64,000 bases of DNA. Source: an uncultured delta proteobacterium. GTDB taxonomy: Bacteria > Desulfobacterota > Binatia > Binatales > Binataceae. The translations under genes and the position numbers were made by a program. Within the stretch, counting starts at the first letter, position 1, and each line of letters opens with the position of its first letter. Below, in pieces: positions 49,843-59,015 of the stretch. The notes below the pieces were generated by a model. That model was given only the letters and a program-made list of their open reading frames with translations, was not told the origin of the DNA and searched no databases. The DNA lies in NCBI GenBank assembly GCA_963794325.1, contig CAWCDG010000004.1, positions 192,001 to 256,000 of the forward strand, in the 5' to 3' direction.

Positions 49843-50466
49843 ATGCGATCCGTAGATTTCTATTTCGATTTCTCCAGCACCAACAGCTACTTCGCCGCGT
49901 TCATGCTGCCGGAGATTTGCGCCCGAATCGACGCGCGCGTGAACTGGATACCGACCCATTCAGCAGCGCTGTTTCGCGGCACCGGCTTCGACGTGATGGC
50001 GATGACGCCGCGCAAGACGCGCTACCTGTGGCGCGATCACGCGCGTTACGCCGAACTGACCGGGTTGCCATTCAAAAAGCCCAGCCGTTTTCCAATCAAG
50101 ACGTCGTCAGCCTTGCGCGCAGTGGTGGCCGCCGCGAGCGTAACTCAGGCCGGCGATGCCGACGCGTCGCGCGAACCGGCGCAGCGCGCGATCTCGCAGG
50201 CAATCATGCGCGCATACTGGGAGCGCGACGAGGACATCAGCGACCGCGACGTGATCGCATCGATTGCGACGAGCGCCGGCTTCGACGGCCGTGCACTAAT
50301 GGAAATCGCGGATGCAAAATCCGCACGTGACGAGCTCGCCGCTTTGACCGATCGCGCGATCGCGCGCGGCGTCTTCGGCGTCCCCGCATTTTTCGTCGAC
50401 AATGAAATGTTCTGGGGCAAAGACCGCCTCGACTTCGTCGAGCGATGGCTCAAACGCCCGGAATGA
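49843..50466 (+). CDS. 2-hydroxychromene-2-carboxylate isomerase-like (DsbA / kappa-GST) protein
   Basis: VDFYFDFSS..SY; RGVFGVPAF..FWGKDRL. Confidence 0.88.
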   Translation: MRSVDFYFDFSSTNSYFAAFMLPEICARIDARVNWIPTHSAALFRGTGFDVMAMTPRKTRYLWRDHARYAELTGLPFKKPSRFPIKTSSALRAVVAAASVTQAGDADASREPAQRAISQAIMRAYWERDEDISDRDVIASIATSAGFDGRALMEIADAKSARDELAALTDRAIARGVFGVPAFFVDNEMFWGKDRLDFVERWLKRPE

Positions 50467-50535
50467 CTCTCTCCTTTCTTCGTCGAGCGTGCTTAAAAGA
50501 GCGTGAAAGCAACCGTACAATCGGTAACTAAAGGC

Positions 50536-50564
50536 TTGACACATTGTAGGCCAGGTTAAACAAT
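50536..50564 (+). promoter_or_regulatory. Putative sigma70 promoter
   Basis: TTGACA-17 bp-AACAAT. Confidence 0.6.
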
Positions 50565-50570
50565 AGGGCC

Positions 50571-50930
50571 CGTGTCAGCGCCGAGAATCGTAATATTGCG
50601 CAACAAGACCCAACAGGCCTCGTTGCGAATCGATCCTCGAAGCTGACTGAACCTGGGAGGGGAGAAATCCATCACTTCGACGAGGCCGGATTGGACCACG
50701 GCATCGTCCCGGTATGCTTCGGTGTGGCAATCGAAGCCGACCTATGGCAGCGTAAGCGGCCGTCCGGGATCGTCTCCTCGGCTGGTTTGGCGTGTGCGTT
50801 TGGTTCAGAAATGCCCTCGATACGTTGCAGGAACGCCCTTTAGCGAGATAGCAAACACTATCTGTAGTGCTCCAGGGTAATTTCGCTCACTATGGGTAGC
50901 ATGGCATTCGATTTGCTGGTTTAGGGCGAC
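50571..50930 (+). ncRNA. Candidate structured RNA / long 5' leader of unknown class
   Basis: Nested helices CTGAACC/GGTTCAG, CGAGG/CCTCG, TCCCGG/CCGGGA; GNRA loops GAAA and GTAA; second domain CGCCCT/AGGGCG; no long ORF. Confidence 0.4.
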
Positions 50931-50978
50931 ATAGATGGTTATTGAAGAGCATCGCGAGCCACTTAGCGTAGTACCTCT

Positions 50979-51851
50979 ATGAGTGCAGCCATGACCTCAT
51001 CGCCTGCGATGGCGAAGCGAATCACCCCGCGCCCACCGGACGCACTGGCGGCTCGCGAGGTCGATCATCTCGTTTCCAAGCTGCTCAGCGAAATCAAGGT
51101 CCCGTTCGGCTCGCTCGGGACTCGAGTCCTCACTCAGCTCGCCGACCTCAAGCGCATCCTCTCTACTGACTATATGGACGTGCCCGCGCTTCCGCAAAAG
51201 CCTCTGCTCAAGGAATTGGCGCAGGTCGTCGAGAACGACATCAAGCAGCATATCCCGACTTACGGGAGCCTGTCGGATCTCGGCAGCCCGCAGTTGCTCG
51301 GTCATCTCGGCAAATTGTTCGGCCCGCGCGAACTCGAATTGCGTGCCGAGCCCTATCGCACCGGCGCCGGGCTGTCGCTGCGCGGCTTTTACTGCCGCGC
51401 CGACCTCGGCGACAAAAGCAAGTTCGTGATCTTCGTCAACACCGCGCATCATCCCGGCGCAGTTGGCGCGACGCTCGGCCATGAACTCGGCCACTTCATT
51501 TACGGCTCGTTAGTCGGCGAGAAAGCCGCTCACACCGCCTTCATGGAAGGTGCGTTCGCCAATCACCTGGCGGAAGAAGACGAGCTGTTCGCCGACAGCC
51601 TGGTCGCGCTGGCGGCCTACAGCCCGGAATTGATCAAAAAGATCGGCGGCAGCGGCATCACGCAAATGAAGCCGGGCTCGTCGGACGATTTATTCCATCG
51701 GATTAAAGGCGCTTACGACATGATCGGAACCGAGTACAATCTCGATCTGGCCAAGGGCAAGATGGCGGCGGCATGGCGCGTCCGCTACCTCACGTCGATG
51801 GCGCATTTCTTCAAGCTGCGCTGCGCGCTCTACAAATCCGCGGGAGTCTAA
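50979..51851 (+). CDS. ImmA/IrrE-like HExxH metallopeptidase-domain protein
   Basis: LRGFY, IFVN, TLGHELGHF, downstream EDELFADSL. Confidence 0.72.
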   Translation: MSAAMTSSPAMAKRITPRPPDALAAREVDHLVSKLLSEIKVPFGSLGTRVLTQLADLKRILSTDYMDVPALPQKPLLKELAQVVENDIKQHIPTYGSLSDLGSPQLLGHLGKLFGPRELELRAEPYRTGAGLSLRGFYCRADLGDKSKFVIFVNTAHHPGAVGATLGHELGHFIYGSLVGEKAAHTAFMEGAFANHLAEEDELFADSLVALAAYSPELIKKIGGSGITQMKPGSSDDLFHRIKGAYDMIGTEYNLDLAKGKMAAAWRVRYLTSMAHFFKLRCALYKSAGV

Positions 51852-51875
51852 GCTTCAAGAGAGAGGGACAAAACG

Positions 51876-51905
51876 GCCGCCCGCCGACGGGCGGCATCGT
51901 TTTTT
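51876..51905 (+). terminator. Rho-independent terminator
   Basis: GCCGCCCG-CCGA-CGGGCGGC followed by a T run. Confidence 0.8.
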
Positions 51906-51907
51906 CT

Positions 51908-52205
51908 GGAAGGGCGAATCACTTGATTAGAATGTGAAACCCTCCGCGGGTTTCACGCTTCCGCGGCAGGGGTGACCCCTGCACCCAGCGAGAAGCGCGA
52001 AATGTTGAGGACAACCTTTCGCTCTCAGGGTCGGAGGCAGGTCACCTCCTCTCCCGTAAAGTAACGGGCGAGGTAAATTCCCGCCGCCCACTCCCAAAAG
52101 AACCTGAGAGCAAAATGGCGTCCTCGCCATTTTGCGATTTCTTATTACTGGGTGCAGGGGTCACCCTTGCCCAGGAAGTCTGAAACCACGGTGGTTTCAG
52201 ACTAA
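51908..52205. repeat. Two convergent A-B-C elements around a CCTCTCCC unit
   Basis: A-B-C on + (51908-52036), central CCTCTCCCGTAAAGTAACGGGCGAGG, A-B-C on - (52100-52205). Confidence 0.88.
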
Positions 52206-52250
52206 AATGACGTGGATTTATTCTCCGGCGCGAACGCGCCGGAGAATGTT

Positions 52251-53411
52251 CTACAGCGCCGCGAACATGGCGTTGAACAGCGCCGACGCGCGCCCATCGA
52301 TCAGCGCATCCGACCCCATCTGATTCATCGTGTATCCAAATCCTACGCGCGCATCCGGATCGGCAAATCCAATCGAGCCGCCAGCCCCCGGATGCCCAAA
52401 CGTGCGCGGGTTCGGTCCGAGCGGCGCCGCCGGCTGATTCAGAGCAAATCCCAGTCCCCATCGCGAATTCACTCCGAGCACAAGATCGGGTCCGTTGGCC
52501 TGCTCGGTATACGCCCGCTTGATACTCGCCGGCGTCAGCACCCGATAACCGTTCAGCTCGCCGCCAGTCGCGAGCGCACCATATAAGGTCGCCAGCGCGC
52601 GCGCATTGGTATGCCCATTTGCCGCGGGAACCTCGGCGCCGCGCCACGCCCGGCTGTTGGTCAACGCGGGATCGACCACCGGCCGCGGATTCGCGATCGC
52701 CTTGAACGTCATCGATTCCGGATCGACGCTCATTCTCGCGAGTTGGTCCGGCTGGTCCGGCGGTGGCGGCGGCGCACCAATCAGCTCCGCGATTCGCGGA
52801 TCGAAACTCGCATCGACGCCGATATGAACATCGAGCTTGAGCGGCCCCGCGATTTCCTCGCGCAGATAAGTGCCGGGGGTCTTGCCCGTGATCCGCCGAA
52901 TCACCTCGCCGACCAGGTAGCCGAATGTGATCGCGTGATACCCATGCTTCGTCCCCGACTCCCACCACGGCTCCTGCGCCGCGAGCGCCGCGCACATCAC
53001 AGGCCAGTTCGTATAAGCGTCAGCGGGCAATTGCTTGCGCACGGCAGGCAGCCCCGCGCGATGACTCAACAGATAATTTACCGGAATCTTGTCTTTCCCG
53101 GCCTGCGCAAACTCCGGCCAGTACTTGGATATCGGCGCGTTAAGATCAAGCTTCCCCTGATCGACCAATCGATGCGCACAAATCGACGTAATCCCCTTGG
53201 TCGTCGACCAGACATTGACGAGCGTGTCGCGCGTCCACGGCCTGGTCCTGGCCTTATCGGCATGGCCGCCCCAAAGATCGAAAATAGTCTTACCGTCGAC
53301 GACGGCGGCAACCGCTGCCCCAACCTCGATGCCATTGTCAAAGCTATCCGCAAAAATTTCTTTGACGCGCTTGAACTGCGGCTCGCAGGTACCTTCGATC
53401 TTCACCGTCAT
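52251..53411 (-). CDS. Serine hydrolase (family VIII esterase, beta-lactamase-like fold), paralog 1
   Basis: WSTTK (SxxK), LLSHRAGL, GYHA, FGHPGAGGS. Confidence 0.93.
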   Translation of the reverse strand: MTVKIEGTCEPQFKRVKEIFADSFDNGIEVGAAVAAVVDGKTIFDLWGGHADKARTRPWTRDTLVNVWSTTKGITSICAHRLVDQGKLDLNAPISKYWPEFAQAGKDKIPVNYLLSHRAGLPAVRKQLPADAYTNWPVMCAALAAQEPWWESGTKHGYHAITFGYLVGEVIRRITGKTPGTYLREEIAGPLKLDVHIGVDASFDPRIAELIGAPPPPPDQPDQLARMSVDPESMTFKAIANPRPVVDPALTNSRAWRGAEVPAANGHTNARALATLYGALATGGELNGYRVLTPASIKRAYTEQANGPDLVLGVNSRWGLGFALNQPAAPLGPNPRTFGHPGAGGSIGFADPDARVGFGYTMNQMGSDALIDGRASALFNAMFAAL

Positions 53412-53576
53412 ATCAACTCTCCTGACGTAGCAATCGTCCTCCCATAACACGCAATCTCGATCGCTCCAAGTCTCACTCTGCGGGTGAAATCTGGCCGGCA
53501 GAAAGAAGTCGAAATTCTCGACCAGCTGCAATTCCAATCAGAAGTGCCAGCCAATATACTCCCGAGCGCGTAAGCG

Positions 53577-54800
53577 ATGGCATCATCGACCACCTTTGCC
53601 CGCGTTAGCCGTGTCGCCAGCCGGATGTACGGGCGGCTCTTCTCGGCGAATCCTTATCCGCTCTACAAGTTCCTGCGCACGCGCTATCCGCTATTGCGGA
53701 CGCCGATTGGGTTCTGGATTTCTACCCGCTATGCCGACTGTCATAGCGTGCTGCGCGACAAGCGGTTTCTCGCCTTCGATCTCAACGCGCTCGACGCGTT
53801 TCCGCCCGACGACGGGCTCAAGTCGATGCGCGAGGCGCTGCAGCATGCGATCGTTTTTCGCAATCCGCCCGACCACACACGCCTGCGCCGGCTGATGACG
53901 ACATTTTTTTCGCCGGCGGTCGTCAATGGACTGGAACCCCGGATTCAGCACATCGTCGATTACCTGCTCGACGCGGTCCAGGCGCGCGGCTCGATGGATC
54001 TGATCAAGGACGTCGCGTTTCCATTTCCAATCGACGTGCTGGCCGAGGTGATGGGCGCCGACGACAGTGACAAGCCGATGTTCCGCGACTGGATGCGCAC
54101 GCTCGGCGTCCCACTCGACCCGGTCATCAGCGCCAACGATCCCGGCGTCGAGGTGCGCCAGGCGATCGCCGACGTGCGCCGCTACTTCTCGGATCTGGCC
54201 GCCGACCGCCGCAAACATCCCCGCGAAGATCTAATCAGCATCATGGTGGCGGCTGAGAATCGCGGCGACCTGCAGACCGAGGAGGAACTCGTTTTCAGCG
54301 CGATGTTCACGCTGCTGGCCGGCCATGAAACCACGATGAATATGATCGGCAACGGGATGCTCGCGCTGTTCCGCAATCCGGACGCGCTCGCGCGCCTGAA
54401 ATCAGATCCGTCGCTAATCGAATCAGCGCTCGACGAGTTCCTGCGCTTCGACAGTCCCGTGCAGGTGACGTTCCGCACCGCGAGCGAAGATATCGAACTT
54501 GCAGGCCGGACGATTCCGCGGCGCGAGCACGTCGTCGTGTTTTTAGGGGCGGCAAATCGGGATCCTGCGCGGTTTGCAAATCCCGACCAGCTCGACATCA
54601 CGCGCGCCGACAACCATCATCTGTCGTTCGGCGCAGGACCGCATCGATGCATCGGCGAAGTGCTGGCCAAGGTCGAGGGCCGCATCGCATTCGAAACAAT
54701 CCTGCGGCGGATGCCGAATCTGTCGCTGGCAGACCCGCATCCGATGTGGCGCCCCGCCATGAGCCTCAGAGGATTGCAGTCGTTGCCGATGACGTTCTGA
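53577..54800 (+). CDS. Cytochrome P450
   Basis: PPDHTRLR, AGHETT, EFLR (ExxR), FGAGPHRCIG heme motif. Confidence 0.95.
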   Translation: MASSTTFARVSRVASRMYGRLFSANPYPLYKFLRTRYPLLRTPIGFWISTRYADCHSVLRDKRFLAFDLNALDAFPPDDGLKSMREALQHAIVFRNPPDHTRLRRLMTTFFSPAVVNGLEPRIQHIVDYLLDAVQARGSMDLIKDVAFPFPIDVLAEVMGADDSDKPMFRDWMRTLGVPLDPVISANDPGVEVRQAIADVRRYFSDLAADRRKHPREDLISIMVAAENRGDLQTEEELVFSAMFTLLAGHETTMNMIGNGMLALFRNPDALARLKSDPSLIESALDEFLRFDSPVQVTFRTASEDIELAGRTIPRREHVVVFLGAANRDPARFANPDQLDITRADNHHLSFGAGPHRCIGEVLAKVEGRIAFETILRRMPNLSLADPHPMWRPAMSLRGLQSLPMTF

Positions 54801-54810
54801 CGATGCTCGG

Positions 54811-55038
54811 AACCTAACCCCTAACCCCTTCCCTCGAGGGAAGGGGGACCGGAGGTTCGGCGTTAATCGCGTCGTCCTATCCCCCTCACCCCCTTTCCGA
54901 TGCGGAAAGGGGGAACAGAGGCGGAGGGTGGCGTGGTCCTATCTTTCAACTCTTGTCACTGGGTGCAGGGGTCACCCCTGCCGCGGAAGCGTGAAACCCG
55001 CGAAGGGTTTCACATTCAATCAAGTGATTTCCCCTTCC
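54811..55038. repeat. CCTAACC units plus a reversed A-B element
   Basis: AACCTAACCCCTAACCCCTTCCCTCGAGGGAAGGGG; 54959-55038 is a near-identical inverted copy of 51908-51988. Confidence 0.88.
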
Positions 55039-56199
55039 CTAGATCGACGCGTACACCGCGTCGATCAGCGCGGTCGCGCGCGGATCGATCAGCAAGCTCG
55101 CGTGCATCTTGTTCATCGTGTAGCCGAATCCGATCTTCGCTTCGGGGTCGGCGCATCCAAGCGAGCCGCCGGCGCCTGGATGCCCAAATGATTTCGCGTT
55201 CGGGCCGAGCGACGCGCCCGGCTGCGACATCATGAAGCCGAGCGAGAAGCGCGTGTTGATCATCAGCAACGCGTCCGGTCCGTTCGATTGTTCGATCGAA
55301 CACTGCGCGACCTGCTCCTTCGACATCACGCGCACGCCGTCCAGCTCGCCGCCGCGCGCCATCACGCCGTACAATTTCGCGAGCGAGCGCGCTGTCGTAT
55401 GTCCGTTGGCCGCGGGAATTTCGGCCGCCCGCCACTCGCGCGTGTTGACCAGCCCCGGCCTCATCCCGCCAGGCGGATTCATGAACGCCTTGAAGGTGAC
55501 CGATTCCGGATTCTTCATGATCTCGGCAAACAGATTCGGCTCGCCGGGCCCCGGCGGCGGCATCGCGATCATGTCGCCGGTGCGCGCATCGTCCTTCGCG
55601 TCGAGACCGATATGAAGATCTAGTCCCAGCGGACCGGCGATCTCATCGCGCAAATACGTGCCCGGCGTCTTGCCCGTGATACGACGGATCACTTCGCCGA
55701 CCAGATAGCCGAAGGTGAGCGCGTGATAGCCATGCTTCGTGCCGGGCTCCCACCACGGCTCCTGCTCGGCGAGCGCCGTCGTCATTTTGTTCCAGTTGAA
55801 GAGCGCGTCGTCGTCGAGCGGTTTGCGCACCGCGGCAAGCCCCGCCTTATGACTCAGCAGATAACGCACCGGAATCTTGTCCTTGCCCGCCTGCGCAAAC
55901 TCGGGCCAGTAACGCGCGACGGGGGCGTCGATATCGAGGAGACCCTTGTCGGCCAATCGATGCGCGCAAATCGCGGTGACACCCTTGGTCGTCGAGTAAA
56001 CATTGACGAGCGTGTCGCGCGTCCACGGCTTCGTCTTCTCCCGGTTGGCATGCCCCGCCCAGATATCCACGACGCTCTTGCCGTCGAGCATGACTGCGGC
56101 GGCAGCGCCGACCTCGTTGCGCTTTTCAAAATTCTCGACGAACGCGTCCTTGACGCGATTGAACTTAGGATCGCAAGTACCTTCGACTTTCACCGCCAT
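55039..56199 (-). CDS. Serine hydrolase (family VIII esterase), paralog 2
   Basis: YSTTK, LLSHKAGL, GYHA, FGHPGAGGS; colinear with paralog 1. Confidence 0.93.
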   Translation of the reverse strand: MAVKVEGTCDPKFNRVKDAFVENFEKRNEVGAAAAVMLDGKSVVDIWAGHANREKTKPWTRDTLVNVYSTTKGVTAICAHRLADKGLLDIDAPVARYWPEFAQAGKDKIPVRYLLSHKAGLAAVRKPLDDDALFNWNKMTTALAEQEPWWEPGTKHGYHALTFGYLVGEVIRRITGKTPGTYLRDEIAGPLGLDLHIGLDAKDDARTGDMIAMPPPGPGEPNLFAEIMKNPESVTFKAFMNPPGGMRPGLVNTREWRAAEIPAANGHTTARSLAKLYGVMARGGELDGVRVMSKEQVAQCSIEQSNGPDALLMINTRFSLGFMMSQPGASLGPNAKSFGHPGAGGSLGCADPEAKIGFGYTMNKMHASLLIDPRATALIDAVYASI

Positions 56200-56292
56200 G
56201 ACAATCTCCTTTCGTCTCGCGTGCCGATTCGCAGACGCAGCGTCCGTTTCTCATACCACTTAAATGAAAGCAGAACCAAAAGGCGGGAGGTC

Positions 56293-57273
<981 letters not shown>

Positions 57274-57347
57274 AGCGTGAGTCTAACACGCACAGCGCGC
57301 GACGGTCACGGCAATACGTCCGCTCGTTTCAATAATTTCTTTTCCCC

Positions 57348-57386
57348 AAAAAAAGCAGGAGACCGGGGGGAGGTCCGGTCTCCTGC
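57348..57386 (-). terminator. Rho-independent terminator
   Basis: Minus strand GCAGGAGACCGG ... CCGGTCTCCTGC-TTTTTTT. Confidence 0.85.
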
Positions 57387-57413
57387 GCTAGTGGGGGGAC
57401 TGGTCGCGACGGT

Positions 57414-57725
57414 TCAGCTGTGATGCTTGTTGTAAACCTCTTCGCGATGCATGAAACGGTGCGGGTGCCGCTTGAAGTCTTTGCGCACCTTGGGATGGTC
57501 GTGCAGATATTCGTGAAGGCCCGGATGGCTGTCCACGAACTGCTGATTGTCGATCAGCGTCGGATCTTTCGCGAGCGCGTGCGCGACGTCCGGATGCGAA
57601 TCGAAATAGTTTGTGTCTGCGCTCGCAGCTGCCGGACGCATCGGCATCGGCATCTGTGCCATCACCGGACCCGCCATCGCCAACGTCAGCGCCGCTGCCG
57701 AAAAAATCATCATTCCTCTTTTCAT
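57414..57725 (-). CDS. Small secreted His-rich hypothetical protein
   Basis: Signal peptide ending VMA; repeats DSHP, DSHP, HDHP, KRHP; GGAGG RBS. Confidence 0.78.
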   Translation of the reverse strand: MKRGMMIFSAAALTLAMAGPVMAQMPMPMRPAAASADTNYFDSHPDVAHALAKDPTLIDNQQFVDSHPGLHEYLHDHPKVRKDFKRHPHRFMHREEVYNKHHS

Positions 57726-57803
57726 TTCCGTGGACCTCCGCCCGCTAACTTAGTACGACATTAGTCGTCGCTGGTTTCAGCAACCTTCCGCATCGTAAGC
57801 AGG

Positions 57804-57819
57804 AGCGATTTGCATGCCA
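57804..57819 (-). promoter_or_regulatory. Putative sigma54 (-24/-12) promoter
   Basis: TGGCATGCAAATCGCT (GG-N10-GC) with an AT-rich tract upstream. Confidence 0.55.
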
Positions 57820-57976
57820 TACCGAAACATCTATTATCCTTTGAAAATCCACGGTTTTTTGGTTATTCAAAAAACTATATCGTGTTAAATTTACGTGTTC
57901 AGAATCGTCGATACGACAAATTTAATTTCGCGCCTGGCAGGATTTTTTTGCGAATCTGCTAGTAAAAAGAGCGGCC

Positions 57977-58381
57977 ATGAAAAAGAACCCTAGCGAACGA
58001 ACCTACCGCGGCGGATGCCATTGCGGACGCGTCCGCTTCGAAGTCCGCGGCAATCTCGAGCGCGTCTCGGAATGCAACTGCTCGATTTGCACCAAGAAGG
58101 GCTACGTCCACTGGATCGTTCCGCGCAGCGCGTTCCGGCTGCTGACGAAGTCTGACGATATCGCGTCCTATGCTTTCAATACGAAGACGGCCCGGCATCT
58201 TTTCTGCCCGAATTGCGGCGTCGCGCCGTTCTACATTCCGCGCTCCGATCCTGAGGGGCTAGACATCAATGTGCGATGCCTCGAAGGGGTGAACCTCGCC
58301 AAGCTCGAGCACGATCATTTCGACGGGCGTCATTGGGAGCAGGCTTTTCAAGAGCGCGAGAGCGCCCGAGTCGCAAAGTGA
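57977..58381 (+). CDS. GFA / CENP-V family protein
   Basis: GGCHCGRV, CNCSIC, FCPNCG, INVRCL. Confidence 0.93.
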   Translation: MKKNPSERTYRGGCHCGRVRFEVRGNLERVSECNCSICTKKGYVHWIVPRSAFRLLTKSDDIASYAFNTKTARHLFCPNCGVAPFYIPRSDPEGLDINVRCLEGVNLAKLEHDHFDGRHWEQAFQERESARVAK

Positions 58382-58391
58382 CATCCGACGG

Positions 58392-59015
58392 ATGGCGACA
58401 CTGGGTTTCATCCGGCGCGACTTCGAGGTGTTCGCGATCGAAGGCTTCAGCGCGCGGATGGCGAAGCTCGACGAGCTTATCAACCCGCGGCTGATCCGGC
58501 TGGCAAACGAGCTGACGCCGGAACTCTCGCGAACATTTCACATGCAGTTCTTTCCGCACGTCGCCAAACATATGCGCCGCAGCGCGAACCCTCCCGACGA
58601 AACATTTGCGGCGTTCGGGCCGTCGCGCGCCGGGTACAAGCGCTACGGATATCTCGCTCTGTGCGTCTCGGGCGTGGGCATCCACGCGCGTGCGGCCGTG
58701 AAGTCCGATGCCGACAATCATCCCGAGATCGCGCGAGCGATCAAATCAAAATCCGCCGACCTGCAGAAATCTTTTCGCGGCACCAGGATTCAGCAATACC
58801 AAAATTGGAACTGCCGCGAGATGCCGAGGTCGATCACAGCGGGCGCCGATTTCTTCGACGGGCTCGCTGATGCACTCGCGAAAAAATCGGGCGCCATCGA
58901 TATCGGCTTCGGATGGCCCGTGCGCGACGCTCTGACCGTCGATCGCGACGAGGTACTCGATGCATTCCGCGAGCTCGAACCGCTCTACCGTGTAATCCGT
59001 TCGATCGCATCATGA
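58392..59015 (+). CDS. DUF1054 (YktB-like) protein
   Basis: GF...DFEVF.IEGF..RM; PHVAKHMRRSANPPDET; RAGYK. Confidence 0.8.
   Translation: MATLGFIRRDFEVFAIEGFSARMAKLDELINPRLIRLANELTPELSRTFHMQFFPHVAKHMRRSANPPDETFAAFGPSRAGYKRYGYLALCVSGVGIHARAAVKSDADNHPEIARAIKSKSADLQKSFRGTRIQQYQNWNCREMPRSITAGADFFDGLADALAKKSGAIDIGFGWPVRDALTVDRDEVLDAFRELEPLYRVIRSIAS

Noticed and set aside
50644-50646. Sec read-through of the micro-ORF TGA
   Set aside because: Only a 3-bp hairpin follows and the extended product has no redox motif or recognisable domain
52251-56199. Serine hydrolases as AmpC resistance genes
   Set aside because: No signal peptides, and the GH motif replaces KTG, which fits cytoplasmic family VIII esterases
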